From positions 10,850,001 to 10,914,000 of the forward strand of contig CP075492.1 in the NCBI GenBank assembly GCA_021613535.1: DNA of 64,000 nucleotides. The letters run 5' to 3'. This stretch comes from Adineta vaga. Lineage: Eukaryota > Animalia > Rotifera. The notes beneath the pieces are model-generated. The model had not been told where the DNA came from, searched no databases, and worked only from the letters and a program-made list of their open reading frames with translations. Below, one piece after another: positions 15,977 to 30,000 of this stretch; position 1 is the first letter of the stretch; every line of letters starts with the position of its first letter. The translations under genes were made by a program, and so were the position numbers.

Positions 15977-18549
15977 ATGAATGTTAATGAAACACAGAAC
16001 AATACTATTATAACCAATGGCACGCTTACGACAATATCTTCTGAGATCGCTGTTCCACAAACTGGAGAAATTATTACTGGAGTTGTCGTAAGTTGAATAA
16101 ACAAAGAAGAACTCATAGAAAATACTAATATTTTTTTTTCAAAAAACTTTCATAGGTTTATTCAATTATTATTCTATTGAGTATTATCGGAAATGTTATT
16201 GTTGTCATTGCAATTCTTCGTGTTCAGCGACTGCGTCATCCAACTAATTTTATACTTATGTCACTTGCGATAGCTGATCTATTAGTAACAACAACAGTGA
16301 TGATACCAGGATTTATTTCTGAAATAAAACGAAAATGGATCTTTGGAACATTTATTTGTAAAATTTGGTTGGGAAATGATATTACTTTTTGCACAGCATC
16401 CATTTTACATCTTGGTAAGATAGACAGACAATTTTTGTTTTTCTACGTTTCGTTTTATATAGTTGCTGTTAGTTTTGATCGATATGTTGCGATTGAAAAT
16501 CCTCTTAAATACAAACAAAAAATGACTAAACGAACTATATTTATCATTATTGGTTGCATATGGTTAATAAGTGTTTTAATTTCATATGGACCCATTGCAT
16601 TAGGCATCTATAGTGAATCACTAAATGGTGAAATTCTATCAGATCCAGGTAAATGTAGAATGAAACCTGATTTTCTCTATTCGGTTGTATCAGCAACAAC
16701 TTCATTCTATATTCCACTTATCATTATCCTTTTTCTTTACGGAAGAATATATATTACTGCACGTCAACATTCAATTGAATTACAAAAACTTGAAAATATT
16801 ATTAAACGTTTACATAGTGATCAAAAATTTGTATTAGAAAGTACGAAATGGAATAAAAATATTAAAGCAATACGAACATTAGGTAAATAGATGATTAACG
16901 TGCATTTCAAGTTTATATTCTTTTTCTAGGCATTGTTGTCGGTGTTTTCGTTGCTTGTTGGTTACCGTTTTTCGTTATGTATCTTCTATTAGGATATTGT
17001 AAGGTTGGCTGTGTTTATCCAGTTGCTGAACGTTATATAACTTTGATTGGTAAAAATCTTGTTTTTATATTTTTCTTTTTTGAAAAACAACTGATTTCAT
17101 CTAGGTTATGCTAATTCATTTTGTAATCCAATGATTTATGCATTTTCAAATAAGTATGTTATAATTAACTTAATTCGAAAGAGAATATATCCGTTTGATG
17201 TGATTAATTATAGATAGCAGTCAAAATAATTCTTTTCAACTAACTATGTTTTCATAGACTGGATAACTTTGTTTTTGTTTAAAGGAAAATGAGTATCATA
17301 AGACTGAATGATAATGATGTTTTATATTTCCATCTAGGGAATAATTACTATTCATGATTTTATCACAAAAATTAGAGAAGATACAAGTCATGCCTCTTTT
17401 TTATGTACCTTAAGCTCAACGGGCACGGGGTTCAGAAGATGTTGACTTATTTTGACAATTGAATCTTTTCCATTTCTGATATGAGCTATAACAAAATTGA
17501 CAAATTTCGAGGTCAAATTTCAGATAGAAGAATACTTCAGCTAGTGGTAGAAATATTGAGTATTTAAATACCACTTTTGTTTTCAATTAATTTTCATTGT
17601 CTACAATGTCATATTTATCTAAGTTTATCATATATCTAACAGTAAATTGTATTGTACCAATTGATCTCAAAAACGTCCTAGATCATCAGTTACTACTAAC
17701 AACAGAAACTTTGTCTCTTTTGTATTTTATGCTTCAGACAATGTTTCTATTACTTACATTTACAATAATTATAAGAATATTATTCCGTGACATTATAGAC
17801 AGAAAAGTGGACTACCTACGAGATCGAAGAATAATTCTAAAAGAATGCATTTTCATAAAATCTTCCTATTCATGAATTCAAGACGAAATCTATGTCGAAT
17901 AATAGATCTTTAAGTTCATTTTTCTTGGTCACTGAACCCTCTTGAGCAAAGTAAACAGAATTAGCCTTTTTATAAATAACTTTTCACTACTTATTTACAG
18001 ACAATGATTTAAATATCAAACACTTTGCCTTACTTGTTCACATAGTTGACTAAATTACGAGAATGAAAACATAATATCAATTACTTGAGAAAGTTTTCTT
18101 TTTTCTTTTGTTTTAGAGAATTTCGCAATGCTTTTGTTGAAATTCTTAATTATCAGAATTGTCGTTGTTTTCCATTTCGATGTGGTGTTCGTACATCTAT
18201 CAATAAATCCATTCATTCAATGAATTTTAAAACTACACCGCCCAATTATTCTCGACAAACAAGTATCACACCACATTCAAATTCTTTACAACGTAATGGT
18301 CATCTTTCATATACATCATCGTCTCTGTGTACATCAGTTCCGACAAAAACTATCGTCGTTCCAATTGTCGATCCTAACGATGGATTAGAAATGCAAGTAG
18401 TTGTTCATCAACGTAAAACCATTGAAGCTTTTCATGAATTGGAACATCTCGTTCCAAATGGTTTGATGGGTCAAGTATCACTCGTTCGAATGAGTTCTCT
18501 TATTCAAGAACAAGATGATCCTATTAGTGAACCATCAATATCTACATAA
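15977..18549 (+). CDS. Class A biogenic-amine GPCR (octopamine-beta/5-HT4/D1-like)
   Basis: N-glycosylated N-terminus; GN..V, SLAIADLL, TM3 D..FCTASILHL..VSFDRY, TM5 SATTSFYIP, KAIRTLG..CWLPFF, GYANSFCNPMIYAF, EFRNAF; 6 coding exons. Confidence 0.9.
17414..17947. mobile_element. Possible degenerate MITE in last GPCR intron
   Basis: Left end gctcaa-cgggcacg-gggttcag vs reverse complement of right end gctcaa-ga-gggttcag; the host intron (~960 bp) is far longer than the other coding introns of this gene. Confidence 0.35.
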
Positions 18550-19139
18550 TAATATTCGTTCGATTAATTATACTTTCTCATTCCACTAGTCATCTCACTT
18601 TTTATGCGTGCTCTTAATATCGGTGACTATTCTTGATGACAATGCCCAGTGTGCGTGTGGATGTGTGTGTGTGTGTGATATGTGTGAAATTTTGTTTTCT
18701 TCTTTTTTACTACTTTTGATTAAAAATATTCGGCAGATTATACAAAATTTCGGTTGGTAAACAAAAAGAGAAAGCATATACCAGTCGAAAATAATGTTTG
18801 ATTCATATAGAGAGGATTAACAGATCCTTTCTTTTCTTTCCTCACATATTCTATGACTCATTAACTACAAAATCACGCATCATCAAATTTATACCAGTTA
18901 TTTCTTGTATTCTACCCGAATCGGCAAATTATTATCATTGAAGTTCGATTTCATCTGTACTATGTCAGCATGCTTTGCCTTCCCCTTTTCTCTTATCATA
19001 ACATTTTCATTCTTATCTTTTACACATTGTTGTACTTTGGATATCCATTTGATCAAAGATTACAAGTCAACTTATTATTTATTTTTCATCTCGTTCTTTC
19101 CTGAACTTTCATCACTTAGCATTTTTTTAGAAAAAGAAA

Positions 19140-20426
19140 ATGTTCGTATCTCAACTGATTCGATCATTAATTGAGCTTCCTTTTATCTCTTCATCCAGAT
19201 TGATTACTAGTACAGCACATCGAACTAATCAAGTACCATTAGAATTGAAATCAATCAATAATACACATGCAACATTACTTATTGATGGCAAAGAAACAAA
19301 ATATGACTGGATATTTCTACGAGATTCTTGTCAATGTTCTCAATGTGTAGACACATCCACAAGACAAAAACTACATAATACAACTGATATTCCAATAAAC
19401 ATTGCTCCTCAACAAGAAGGATTGAAAATTTTAAATGATAACAATCTAGAAATACTTTGGAATCAACCATTATTCAATCATGATGAGACTACAGTACATC
19501 GTAGTTTATATTCAAGTACTTGGTTACGAACATATTCTTCATCGAAAAATATTGCACGTGCAAGATATTTTGATCGTCCATCAATTTATTGGAATCGAAA
19601 GGATATACAACATGTCAATCTTCATATTCAATGTGATGATTATCTTCATTCAGATCTAGGACTTTATAATGTATTAAAACATTTGAATGATTATGGTTTG
19701 GTTTTTATCGATAATGTTCAAGGAGAATTTGCTGTTGAAAAACTGACTGAACGAATCGGTGAAATTCGTCATACATTCTATGGTAAATCATGGAATGTAA
19801 AAAGTACTAAACAAGCTATTAATGTTGCATATACATCTCAAGCACTTGGTTTACATATGGATTTATTATATTTTGAAGCTCCACCTGGTTTACAATTTCT
19901 TCATGCTCTAACAAATAGTGTTCAAGGTGGAGCATCTTATTATGCCGATTCATTTCATGCAATAGAAATACTTCGTCGGAAAGATTCCAAAGCATTTCAA
20001 TCACTTTGTTCATATCCAGTGACATTTCATTATCGAAATGCAGGTCGTCATTATCATTTTACTCGTCCAACAGTTGTTCTAAATCCATTTTCAACGGATC
20101 ATCCAATTGATCATATCAATTATTCTCCACCATTTCAAGCACCATTTGAAAGTGACACAACAAAAGATGAATTTCGACAATTCATTCAAGCTTTTCAACA
20201 TTTCCGTAATATATTAGAAGATCCAAATAATCAATTAGAATTGATTCTAAAAAAAGATCAATGTGTTATATTTCATAATCGACGAATTCTTCATGCACGC
20301 CGTGAATTCGATGCATCAAGTGGTAGTCGATGGTTAAAAGGTTGTTATACTGATTTGGATAATTTCAAAGATAGATTACGTGTTTTTCAAGAAAAATTCA
20401 ATCCTATTTCAGATGTAAAAGTATAA
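19140..20426 (+). CDS. Gamma-butyrobetaine dioxygenase-family (TauD/TfdA) Fe/2OG oxygenase, fungal AIM17-like, intronless
   Basis: Zn-binding LRDSCQCSQC..STRQK; IRHTFYGKSWNVKS, NVAYTSQALGLHMDLLYFEAPPGLQFLH (HxD), INYSPPFQAP, FHNRRILHAR, RWLKGCY; N-terminal presequence-like segment. Confidence 0.9.
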   Translation: MFVSQLIRSLIELPFISSSRLITSTAHRTNQVPLELKSINNTHATLLIDGKETKYDWIFLRDSCQCSQCVDTSTRQKLHNTTDIPINIAPQQEGLKILNDNNLEILWNQPLFNHDETTVHRSLYSSTWLRTYSSSKNIARARYFDRPSIYWNRKDIQHVNLHIQCDDYLHSDLGLYNVLKHLNDYGLVFIDNVQGEFAVEKLTERIGEIRHTFYGKSWNVKSTKQAINVAYTSQALGLHMDLLYFEAPPGLQFLHALTNSVQGGASYYADSFHAIEILRRKDSKAFQSLCSYPVTFHYRNAGRHYHFTRPTVVLNPFSTDHPIDHINYSPPFQAPFESDTTKDEFRQFIQAFQHFRNILEDPNNQLELILKKDQCVIFHNRRILHARREFDASSGSRWLKGCYTDLDNFKDRLRVFQEKFNPISDVKV

Positions 20427-20651
20427 TCATGATGGTTGACAAATATATGTAGGAATTCTTTTTAATTTCAAAGTAAAGGGAACAAAATGAGTTTTATTTA
20501 TGTATATAGTAATTAGTAAAGAATAAAAGTTAAAATAATAGTGAAAGGATGATACGCACTAAAAATAAATATGTTTTATGACTATAAATATAAGTATCGT
20601 TTCTGAATTACGAACAACAAAAAACAAATATAACAAACAACATGAAAGGAG

Positions 20652-20656
<5 letters not shown>

Positions 20657-20686
<30 letters not shown>
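20657..20686. repeat. (AG)n microsatellite in 3' region of synaptobrevin A
   Basis: About 15 AG units seen directly. Confidence 0.9.
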
Positions 20687-20690
<4 letters not shown>

Positions 20691-20787
20691 AAAAAGCAAA
20701 AAAAAAGTGTGCAGAGAGGGTCATCGTGATGAATGTGCTTGGTGATGGAATGAAGAAAGATGTTGTTTCTTGCTTGATGACGATTGT

Positions 20788-21695
20788 TTAAAATTGTAAA
20801 AGTGCACGAGTTTTTCGTTTACCAGCAGTTTTACCATCATCTTCTTCATCGTCATTATCATCTCCATCAGGTGATCGTCCTTCATCATTATTTGTTGCTA
20901 CTGTTGTACTAACCATTTTGGTTGTCTTTTTAGTTTTTTTACCTTTACGACGTCTCGTTGTTGGTTTTTCTCCGGGTGCAACAATGGCAGAACCAGCAAC
21001 TAGATTTTTTCCATCATTGTTTAGCATTAACACAGGTGTTGTTGCTTCATTAGCTGGAAGTGCAGGTGTAACTGCTTTAACTTTTGAAGCGATCCATGCT
21101 AAATAGAAATCAATACGATTAATATTTGAAATCAAGATTGCTTTCAAGCACATGACAATACATGCTAATGGATACTGAAAAACAAAGATACAACATCGAA
21201 TTTTTACCTATCACCACTATCGCAAAAATAGTACCCACTACTCCCATAATAATCATCATCTAATAGTCCCCATTAGAAAAAGGTAAGTTAATTTCATTTG
21301 AAAAGAATAAATAGAAATTAAAAATCGAAAATTGTCTCTATTTACCTTCATATTTTTCCACCAGTATTTTCGTTTTAATTTGCCTGCATGTTGTTCAAAT
21401 TGGGCTGCATTATGTTGTAATTTATCTTAATAAAACACAAATTCTGCATAATGCTATCTTCCAACATGATCTAGATCCTACCAGCTCGATCATCAAGAAG
21501 TGATAAATTTTTATCACGTTCTAACACTTTGTCCACATTTTGTCGCATAATATCAACAACTTCATCTACTTGGGCCTGTTGTTGTGCTAAACGTTTCGAT
21601 CCACCACCACCTGGTGCTGGAGCTCCACCACCATTATTAGACCTATATGCAACAATGAAATCTATCCAATCGAATTCTTCCTAAGAAACTTACAT
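20788..21695 (-). CDS. Synaptobrevin/VAMP (R-SNARE) copy A, long luminal tail
   Basis: [81 protein letters not shown] + TM + ~100-aa tail; ATG split AT|G by intron; 5 exons. Confidence 0.9.
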
Positions 21696-22120
21696 GTTAT
21701 GAAGAAATGGACTTTTACAAATGAAAAAAAAATAATCTAGAAAAAGAAAGTAGTTTTCATTAAAATAAATATATAATCCCCATCATTCGATGTTCAGTGA
21801 ATTTTGATGCACAAATTAAGTATGTATATATGGACGAACGGAAAAGCAAAAATAAACGAACAAAAAAAATAAGATCTTTTCAAAACAGTATGCAGAAAAA
21901 AAGCAGTTATAAAAACACAGATCATAAAAGAAATGGACGAAAATGGCGTATAGCCAATGCAGGAATGTAAAGAAGAAGTTTAAGCACATAAAAAAAACAT
22001 GTGTAATAAATATGAAGATAGTAGTGTTCTCACGGAAAAGTATTCTAAAAAAAGAGAAAAAAATATATATATGAATAAGCAATCGTTCAGTCACTTACTA
22101 TCCTCCAGTCTGATTTTGCG

Positions 22121-22862
22121 TTATTTTCTACCGGTATTATTTTGATTACCATTGTTATTATTACTACCGCTGTTATTACTTTTTACTGATTGAGTAACAG
22201 CAACTAAATTAGAAACAAAAAAGACAGTGGTTGTATTTTTCTTTTGTTAATTTTCATTTACCAACAATCACAATGATCAAAACAATCTAGATAAATAAAA
22301 GAAGATGTCTTTTTACAACAGATAAGTTCGAAAACTACTTACAATCACAATGATTAAAATAGCCCACATCTAATAATATGATTTATTTATCTTCTTTAAA
22401 TTTTCCGAGAGAAAAATATCACAACTTACTTTGAGATTTTTCCACCAATATTTACGTTTTAATTTACTTGCGTTTGTTGTAAATTGTGAAGCACCGGTTT
22501 GCAGAATGTCTGAAATTAAACAATTATTCATTAATATACTAAGAGCAACCTTTAGTTTTAACCCACCAGCACGATTTTCCAGTGTAGTCAATTTAGCATC
22601 ACGTTCCAAAACTTTTTCAAGATTATCTTTCATAATATCGACAACCTAAAATGAAGAAGTAGTTTGTTAGAAAAAAAAAGAAAATTAATCGTTATTGATA
22701 AAAGAATTTCTTACTTGATTCACATCCGCTTGAAGATTGTCAGCTCGTTTTGTTGATTGATATTGTGTTGACCGAGGTGGATTTTCATATGTCGATGATG
22801 ATGCCCTAATAGATCATAAATGTTTATTCAATTAAAAAAACTTGAAGAGAAAATATTTACAT
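22121..22862 (-). CDS. Synaptobrevin/VAMP (R-SNARE) copy B
   Basis: [71 protein letters not shown] + TM + Asn-rich tail; ATG split AT|G. Confidence 0.9.
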
Positions 22863-23873
22863 AATTTAATTAGTTTCCTTTTGATCACAGTAAGAAATTG
22901 ATCTGCTAAAAAAAATAATCAAAATGTCGAATGAAACTTTGAAAGAATTTCTAAATAGAAATGTCGCCATCTTGACATTATTGTCATGTTTTTCTGTAAA
23001 AGAGGCGTTCTTTTTATGGCTTGGAGATACTAGCGACAAACAGAACAAGTTTTTTTTTTCAACAAGAAAGATTTTCTCGAGTTCAATGGAGATTTCCAAC
23101 CAATCATGACGTTGAACGAGAAATACTATAATCGTTTGTCGTCGCTATGATTGATTTTTTTTATTGAACTAGAGTATTGTTCGCAGAACATGATTTATAA
23201 TAGTATAGAGAGAGAAAAAAAAGTAGGAGTATAGACATTAGTCATCGAAGATAAATACTATGATTCAATAGTCGATTATATGATCTCCAACTGTTTTTAG
23301 CGTAAGATTTGTACATAAATCCATATGTTTATGTTATAAATGATGAATTCTCTTATTTTCTAAATCACAAAAATGAGTATTTGATTTGTTATAAAGTAAA
23401 AACAAGGAAGATTAGGAATTTATCTTATTGAGAGAATATCTTCAAAGAGTTCAATTGTCTTTCGTCTCTAATTAACTGATCTTAACCTAAATGAGAGAAT
23501 CATGTTACTAATTTACTTTTAAGTTAAACAAATATTGAGAAACACTTCATAGTATTCACTCAGTTTCTATATTTATAAAATAATCTATTTTTGTATAGGA
23601 AATTATGTATCCTTTTTAAGTCACAACCGGAAATCCTTCTTTGTCAAGTACAATTCTAAAATAGCACGAATTACTCGTGATCTTTGGTATGCATTTAATC
23701 AACATAGAAATATCTTTTCATATTTTCATTTCAAATTAAGAAGAAATACCAAATGATTCTTCTGAGATTAGCATTTCTCTATATCAAAAAAAAACAAAAT
23801 ATCCCAAGAGAGAAATGATATAGAAGATAAATTGAATAGAAAACGGCAAAATTTTTTCTTCTTTCAGATCAAT

Positions 23874-26800
23874 ATGGATCGACGTATTCTATGTGATAGT
23901 TTGTTAAAATGGGTATGATGATATTCTTTGTATTCACTGAATACTATTGTTCATTACTAGATGAGAACCTTCGATCTCAATCGAACGATAAATGGCGCTG
24001 GTGATCTTTCTGATGGTGTTCTAATAGCGATGTGTTTGAAGCATATGTTCGTTTAGATTGTTTTTTATATATTGTAAAAATTCTATTTGAATTTTATATA
24101 GTGATGCGAATCATTTTAATGATAGTTGGGTACAAAAAATTCGAACGGACGCTGCAGATAATTATCGCATAAAAGTTTCATATTATTAATTTCAAATATA
24201 CCGTATGTTATAATGTTCTATGTTTATAGGCTAATAATTTGAAAAAAGTGTTAAAAAATATTACAGATTATTATTCTGAAGTATGTTGATGTTCAAATAT
24301 AAAAAATGAAGTTAATTATTTTTGTTTTTACAATAGTTTCTCGGTCAATCGTTAGTTGATTTTCAAATGCCTGATCTGAATATGATTGGTAAATGAATAG
24401 AAGAAGACAAAAAAAAACAAAGCATGAATTTGAATGATAAATTTATTGGTTTTCTTGTAGCGGAAAGTACGGATGAAACTGAACTTAGTCGACTTTTACA
24501 ACTTGTTCTTGGTTGTGCTGTTAGTTGTGATCGAAAACAATTCTATATTGAACGTATTATGTCACTTGAAGAATCTGTTCAACATGTTTTAATGAATGCT
24601 ATTCAAGAAGTTAGTAACAAGTATAATCAAGAAGATGAAATAGATCTTTCTTTTTTTTAGTTAATGGTAAAAGAAAATCGAAAAATGAATGAAGAATATT
24701 CAGAACTCGGAGATCAGGTAAAATTCATGAAGAAGGAAACAAATGATATTTGATTGTTTTCTGTATTTAGTTAAAACATGCATTAGAAGAATTGAATCGA
24801 GTTGTTGAAGCAAAAGAAGAAATTGAACATCGTTGTCGAGAACTTGATCTACAAATTACAACACTTCAAGATGAAAAATTTGGTTTAATACAAGAAACAA
24901 CACGTTTAAATGAACGTATACAACAATATGAAAATGCTGAAGATTCCGAGTAAATTTCAAAGAATTAAAAAGAAGATCATCATAATTTCAATTTCATATT
25001 TCAGTTCAATTCCAAAAAGTCGATATAAATCTTTACAAGAAAAAATTCAATCACAACAAGAAGAAATGTTCAAACTAGAAACAAGTAAAATAAGATATTT
25101 GATTAGCATTCGATCTGAAATGTTTCTATTGTATTTTAGCTTTACAAGATTTTCGAGCAAAAACTGATGTTTTACGTGAAGATAATGAAAATCTTCTTAT
25201 ACGAGTAAATCTCTGAATGATAAACAAGTTCCTTCTTTTCTTTTCTAAATGAAACTATCTCTTTAGAATGATGATCTCATGGTGCTTGCAGATGATGCAC
25301 GAAATTTCAAAGATGAACTAGATATTCTTCGAAATAAATGTGAAAAAATGGTTTGTTTCAATTAGTTGATTTCATATTTTTATTATTTCCTTTCGCTTTC
25401 AAGACTAAATTAGAATCAACAATAGAAGCTTACAAAATCAAACTAGAAGAAATGTCAGATCTTCGACAACAGATCAAATTCTTAGAAGAAACTAATCTTC
25501 GTTTATTTGATGAAAAATCCAATCTAGAACAAGAATATAAACAAGCCAAATTATTACAAACACAAGTAGAATTTCAAAAACGAACAAATCAAGAATTGTA
25601 TCAAAAGATTAGTGAATTACAACGTATTGCTGATAAAGCGGAGTTCGAAAGAAATCGAGTGGAAGAACGTTTAAATGCTGCTAATGCTGAGAAAATTGTA
25701 AGAAAAGATTTGTAGAAAGAAATAAAAGTTAAGCTTGATTCTTTCTTCTATTCATAGAATTTAACGAATGAAAATGAATTATTAAGAGAGACGAATGAAA
25801 GATTACAAGGTGTAAATATAGATGAAGGTAATGATGAAAATGAATTAAAGATTTGTTCATATTGTTTCTTTTTTCTTTCGTGTAGCTGGTGGAACAACAA
25901 ATACAAAAGATCGATTGACTGGATCATTGGAAGATTTGAATTTTCTCAATTTACCAGCTGATGTCAGGTTAGGATTAATTTTTGAATTTCTACGAATCAT
26001 TTTCAACTCTTGTAAAGTCATTAATCATTGATTGATCTATAACTTATTCTCTAAAAATAGATTATAACTCTATTTTTCTTAGGGAACGTTTCATTCATCT
26101 TCAACATGAAAATAAAATGCTCAAATTACATCAAACAGAAGAAACAAATAATGAACAAATCTTAATTCTTCAAGCAAGTTGTGAACAATTCAAAGATCAA
26201 AATAATCAATTAACGAATGAGTTATGGTGAATAGCACATCTTTTTCTTAATCATTCTTCTCATAAGAATTCTATTGTTAGGATGTCAAATCGAAAAATTC
26301 TCGAATTAGAAGCAACACTTAAAGATACAACATCTCTAGCTGAAAATAATACTGAAGTAACCGAATTGAAAAAATCTCTAAATCGAGCAATGACACGTAA
26401 TGAAGAAGAATCAACTCGAACAAAGAGTCAAATAGAAGAATTACAGAAACGATTAGAACATTCTGGTAAAGAAAATTCTCTTCTTGAAAGAGCCATTTCT
26501 GTTTCTTTTGTTTTCAGAAAATAAACTAGAAGAAAAAGAAACAATTGTTGCAACAAAAACAGCTGAAATTAATGCAATGGAAGAACGTTACGTTCAATAT
26601 TTAGAAAAAGCTAAAATGGTCTTACGTCAAATGGATCCACGTAATAGTAATTCAATTAGTCATCAAGAAATTCAAATTTTACGAAAACAAGTCGATGAAA
26701 AAGATCGACGAATTAAAGATCTTGAAGTAATAATAGATAGTTCAATTTTCAACTTAACTTCTTGATATTTGTTTTTTTCAGAAAGATTATGAAAAAATGA

Positions 26801-27068
26801 AAACAATAAGAGAAGATCAAGAAAAACTCTTGATTAGTGCCTGGTATTCAATGGTAAGCGAATATTATGAAATAACATCGTAATTGATTTCTTTTCCTAA
26901 AAGGGAAGTACCTTTCAACGACGTGAATTTGAAGAACGTCTTAAATCTCATGAAAACCAATCATTTCTTGCTAAGCAACGTACAATTCCATCGACACGTA
27001 AGCAATTACCTTCTGATCCGTCCAATTCTTCAACAAATGGAACAAATAATAGTGCTTCAAAACGATAG
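23874..27068 (+). CDS. HOOK: Hook microtubule-tethering/dynein adaptor protein
   Basis: [73 protein letters not shown], coiled coils, MEERYVQYLEKAK, EKLLISAWY, QSFLAKQR. Confidence 0.92.
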
Positions 27069-30000
27069 TCTTTCCAAATTTTCAAATCAAAGCATTTATA
27101 ACAGTGACTTGAACATTTAATGATATTTGATGTGTGTTCTTGACATTTTTTTTGTAATATTATCACTTTATGTCAAAATTATTTTAGTTGTGTGATCTTT
27201 GTCTTTATGTATATATATATACAATATTCCATCCGTTCATAATATAGAAAGAATCTTCTTTTTGAGTATTAAGAAACTAATGAAAAATATCATGACATAA
27301 TATATCTTCGACGATGAATTATCTTCATCGATCATCTTCGAGTATGCTAGTAGACACCTTGCAATTCCAATTTGAAAAATACAAGGTGTTACAAAGTGAA
27401 GCCGCTAGGAGCGAGCTGTTTCAAATTGAAGAAAATGATTCATAACAATGATCATTGTGTTTGTCAACAATTCTATACCGATGAAAATTGTCTCAAAGGT
27501 AACAGCTTGTTTTTACGGTATGTCAAATGAAAACAAGAGAATGCTACTATCTTTTCTTGTGTTAAATGACCAGTTCGTTCATTGCCGCTGTTTTTAGATA
27601 CACCGATGGATGCTTCTAATTGATCAATAACTTGTCAGGAAACATCTTGAAATATTGAGATCTCTAAGAAGTACAATCAATGATCAATATCAATTTTGTT
27701 TTGATCTTTTGACTCTTCATGTATGACATTGAAAAAGAAGAAGATGTGTATTTTTCAATTGTATGACTGGCAACTAGACGTGAATAGGTGATGATAGATT
27801 ACACATGATGTTCTCTTCTTTTCCCAGCATATCGTTTCATATTATCATTCAACTGACAAGTGCGATGCCATACATGTGTATGTTCAATCGATCTGAAATA
27901 ATTGAATTATCTCAAAGCAGCAGGTTGAAATGAATTGCTTATCTAAATAAAATTGGTTTATGTCATTTTTCGAAGACGAACATTCGATTCATCAGAATTA
28001 TATGACGTAAAAGTTTTTAAACTCATAGAGATTCTATACTCAAATTGATGTGAGAAATACGATTTGATCTTGAAAATGTTTATATTTATATCGCAGTGAT
28101 ACATGAAAGCAGTGTATCATTATCTGCTGTATGATATTTTTGTAAAGAAGACAACTTATCTTAAAGAAAGCAAGAAATTTGGTTTATAAGAGCAAATACA
28201 CTGTACTTTCAATGTAACAAGGTATTACTAGAATATTCACACAACTCTTTATACATTTTTATGTATTGTTTTTTTTAAAATCATATATGCTGCAAATAGC
28301 ATGAAGTATAAGTTTCAAACAATTTATATGAATCGGAAAACAAAATCTTCAAATCAACACGCTAAAAGTTTTATGTACAATTGGAAACTCTTCGTGTTCC
28401 AATATTGCTGTATTTCAGAAGACATCTTTCATAATGCGATAGTTTTGTGTTGTTGTGTGAAATGATGTTCAAAAAACATAAACAACTTTCATAGAAGTGA
28501 GAAATGTTTTGTTTCCATTGCCAATTTGTTCCGATCGCATTTGTACAAGCTGTTTATTGCGTCATGGGGATCTATCCAATTAGTTCATTTGTCATCTTTG
28601 ACCAATTGGTCATTCTTTTCTTCACCAATTGGATAAGTGTGAAAAGATCAGTTTTCTCTTCTTCTAAAGAGAAAGAGAGAGAGATGATAATTTTCTTTTT
28701 CTTCTTTTTCTCATTGGTGAATAAAAGTGAAGCATTGTAAACAATTTAGAGTATAAATAGTCATGTTTCAAAACAGAAGCATCAATAGTCAGATAATTTA
28801 ATCTGAACAAACAGAAAAACATTTCGTAAAGGTAGGTCTCATCTTGTCTCTTTGATTTATGGCACTTTAATTCACGGCTACTTATATCAATGTTTGCCGT
28901 GTACTACTGCGTCATGCATTGAGAGACAACTTTTCGACGATACTCTTTTTCTAGCTACTATCTTAAAATTGATAATATTTTCATTAACAATCGGTTCAGT
29001 TTCGGTCAATGGCACATAATTTGAAGACGGTTGACATTGCTAACTCCGTTTTTATCTGTGTGTCACCAATCGATTTGAATGTCAAATAATGAATTAAATA
29101 TAGTTTCTGGAAAAACAACGTTGTTATATGAGTGATTACTCAAAGATGGCAAGGTATAAAAATGGATTACTTCTAGTAACAAGTGGGTCATTGAACTATT
29201 TAAAGATAGTTTCAATTATGTGACTATATTTCCGAATCAACCATAGAGCACATTTTCAAGAATTTCATGAGTGCTTAGGCGGAGTAATAGTGTACGTGAT
29301 AATCTGATATTTCTAAAAATAGTTAGTTGGAAATAAAATAATATTGCTTTATGGAGGAACAACTTAGTGAGATAAGTTATGATGGTTGTTTGTATTTGGA
29401 ATACATATTTGAAATTAAAGTAATAACGGTTATAAATCAACAAATATATATATACATTGGAAGAGGACGTAAAACTTTGAAAACAGAAATTGAAGGAATT
29501 GGTGTATGTTCTCAGTTAGGGATAGGAACAGATGAGGAATGAATGAAAAATATAATATAAATGAAGCATTTTTATAACAACAAAAGAACGTAATGATTTG
29601 AACGAAATATGTAATAATAAGTCACGAAAATGAATAAATCTGATTCTATTCGAACATAACTTGATCGAGGTTCTTTCATAACAGAGATTTTTCCAAGCTT
29701 CGTTGAGAAGTATTTCTTTATGTTTTAGAATTTCAAATGATTACACGATCATAAAATGTAACAATAGTTTTTTTTACTTAAAAATAATTGTATGACTTTT
29801 TCATGAAGTTACGACTATTTCGGCAGAGACGTTTGTGAATAAGTTGTAGATACGTCTTATAAATTTAAACTCTCATCTTTAGTTTAATATGTATATTAAT
29901 CTTAATGTTTTAGTTTCATACTGATAAAATCAAGATTGATTTATTGAAGGAAAAGATTAAGTGATTGAAACAAACTATACGAATCGTGACTTTCTGAGAG

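Noticed and set aside
21100-21207. Extra acceptor (ttttcag) inside the last synaptobrevin-A intron, suggesting a microexon
   Set aside because: Would need a ~33-nt intron, well below the size seen elsewhere here.
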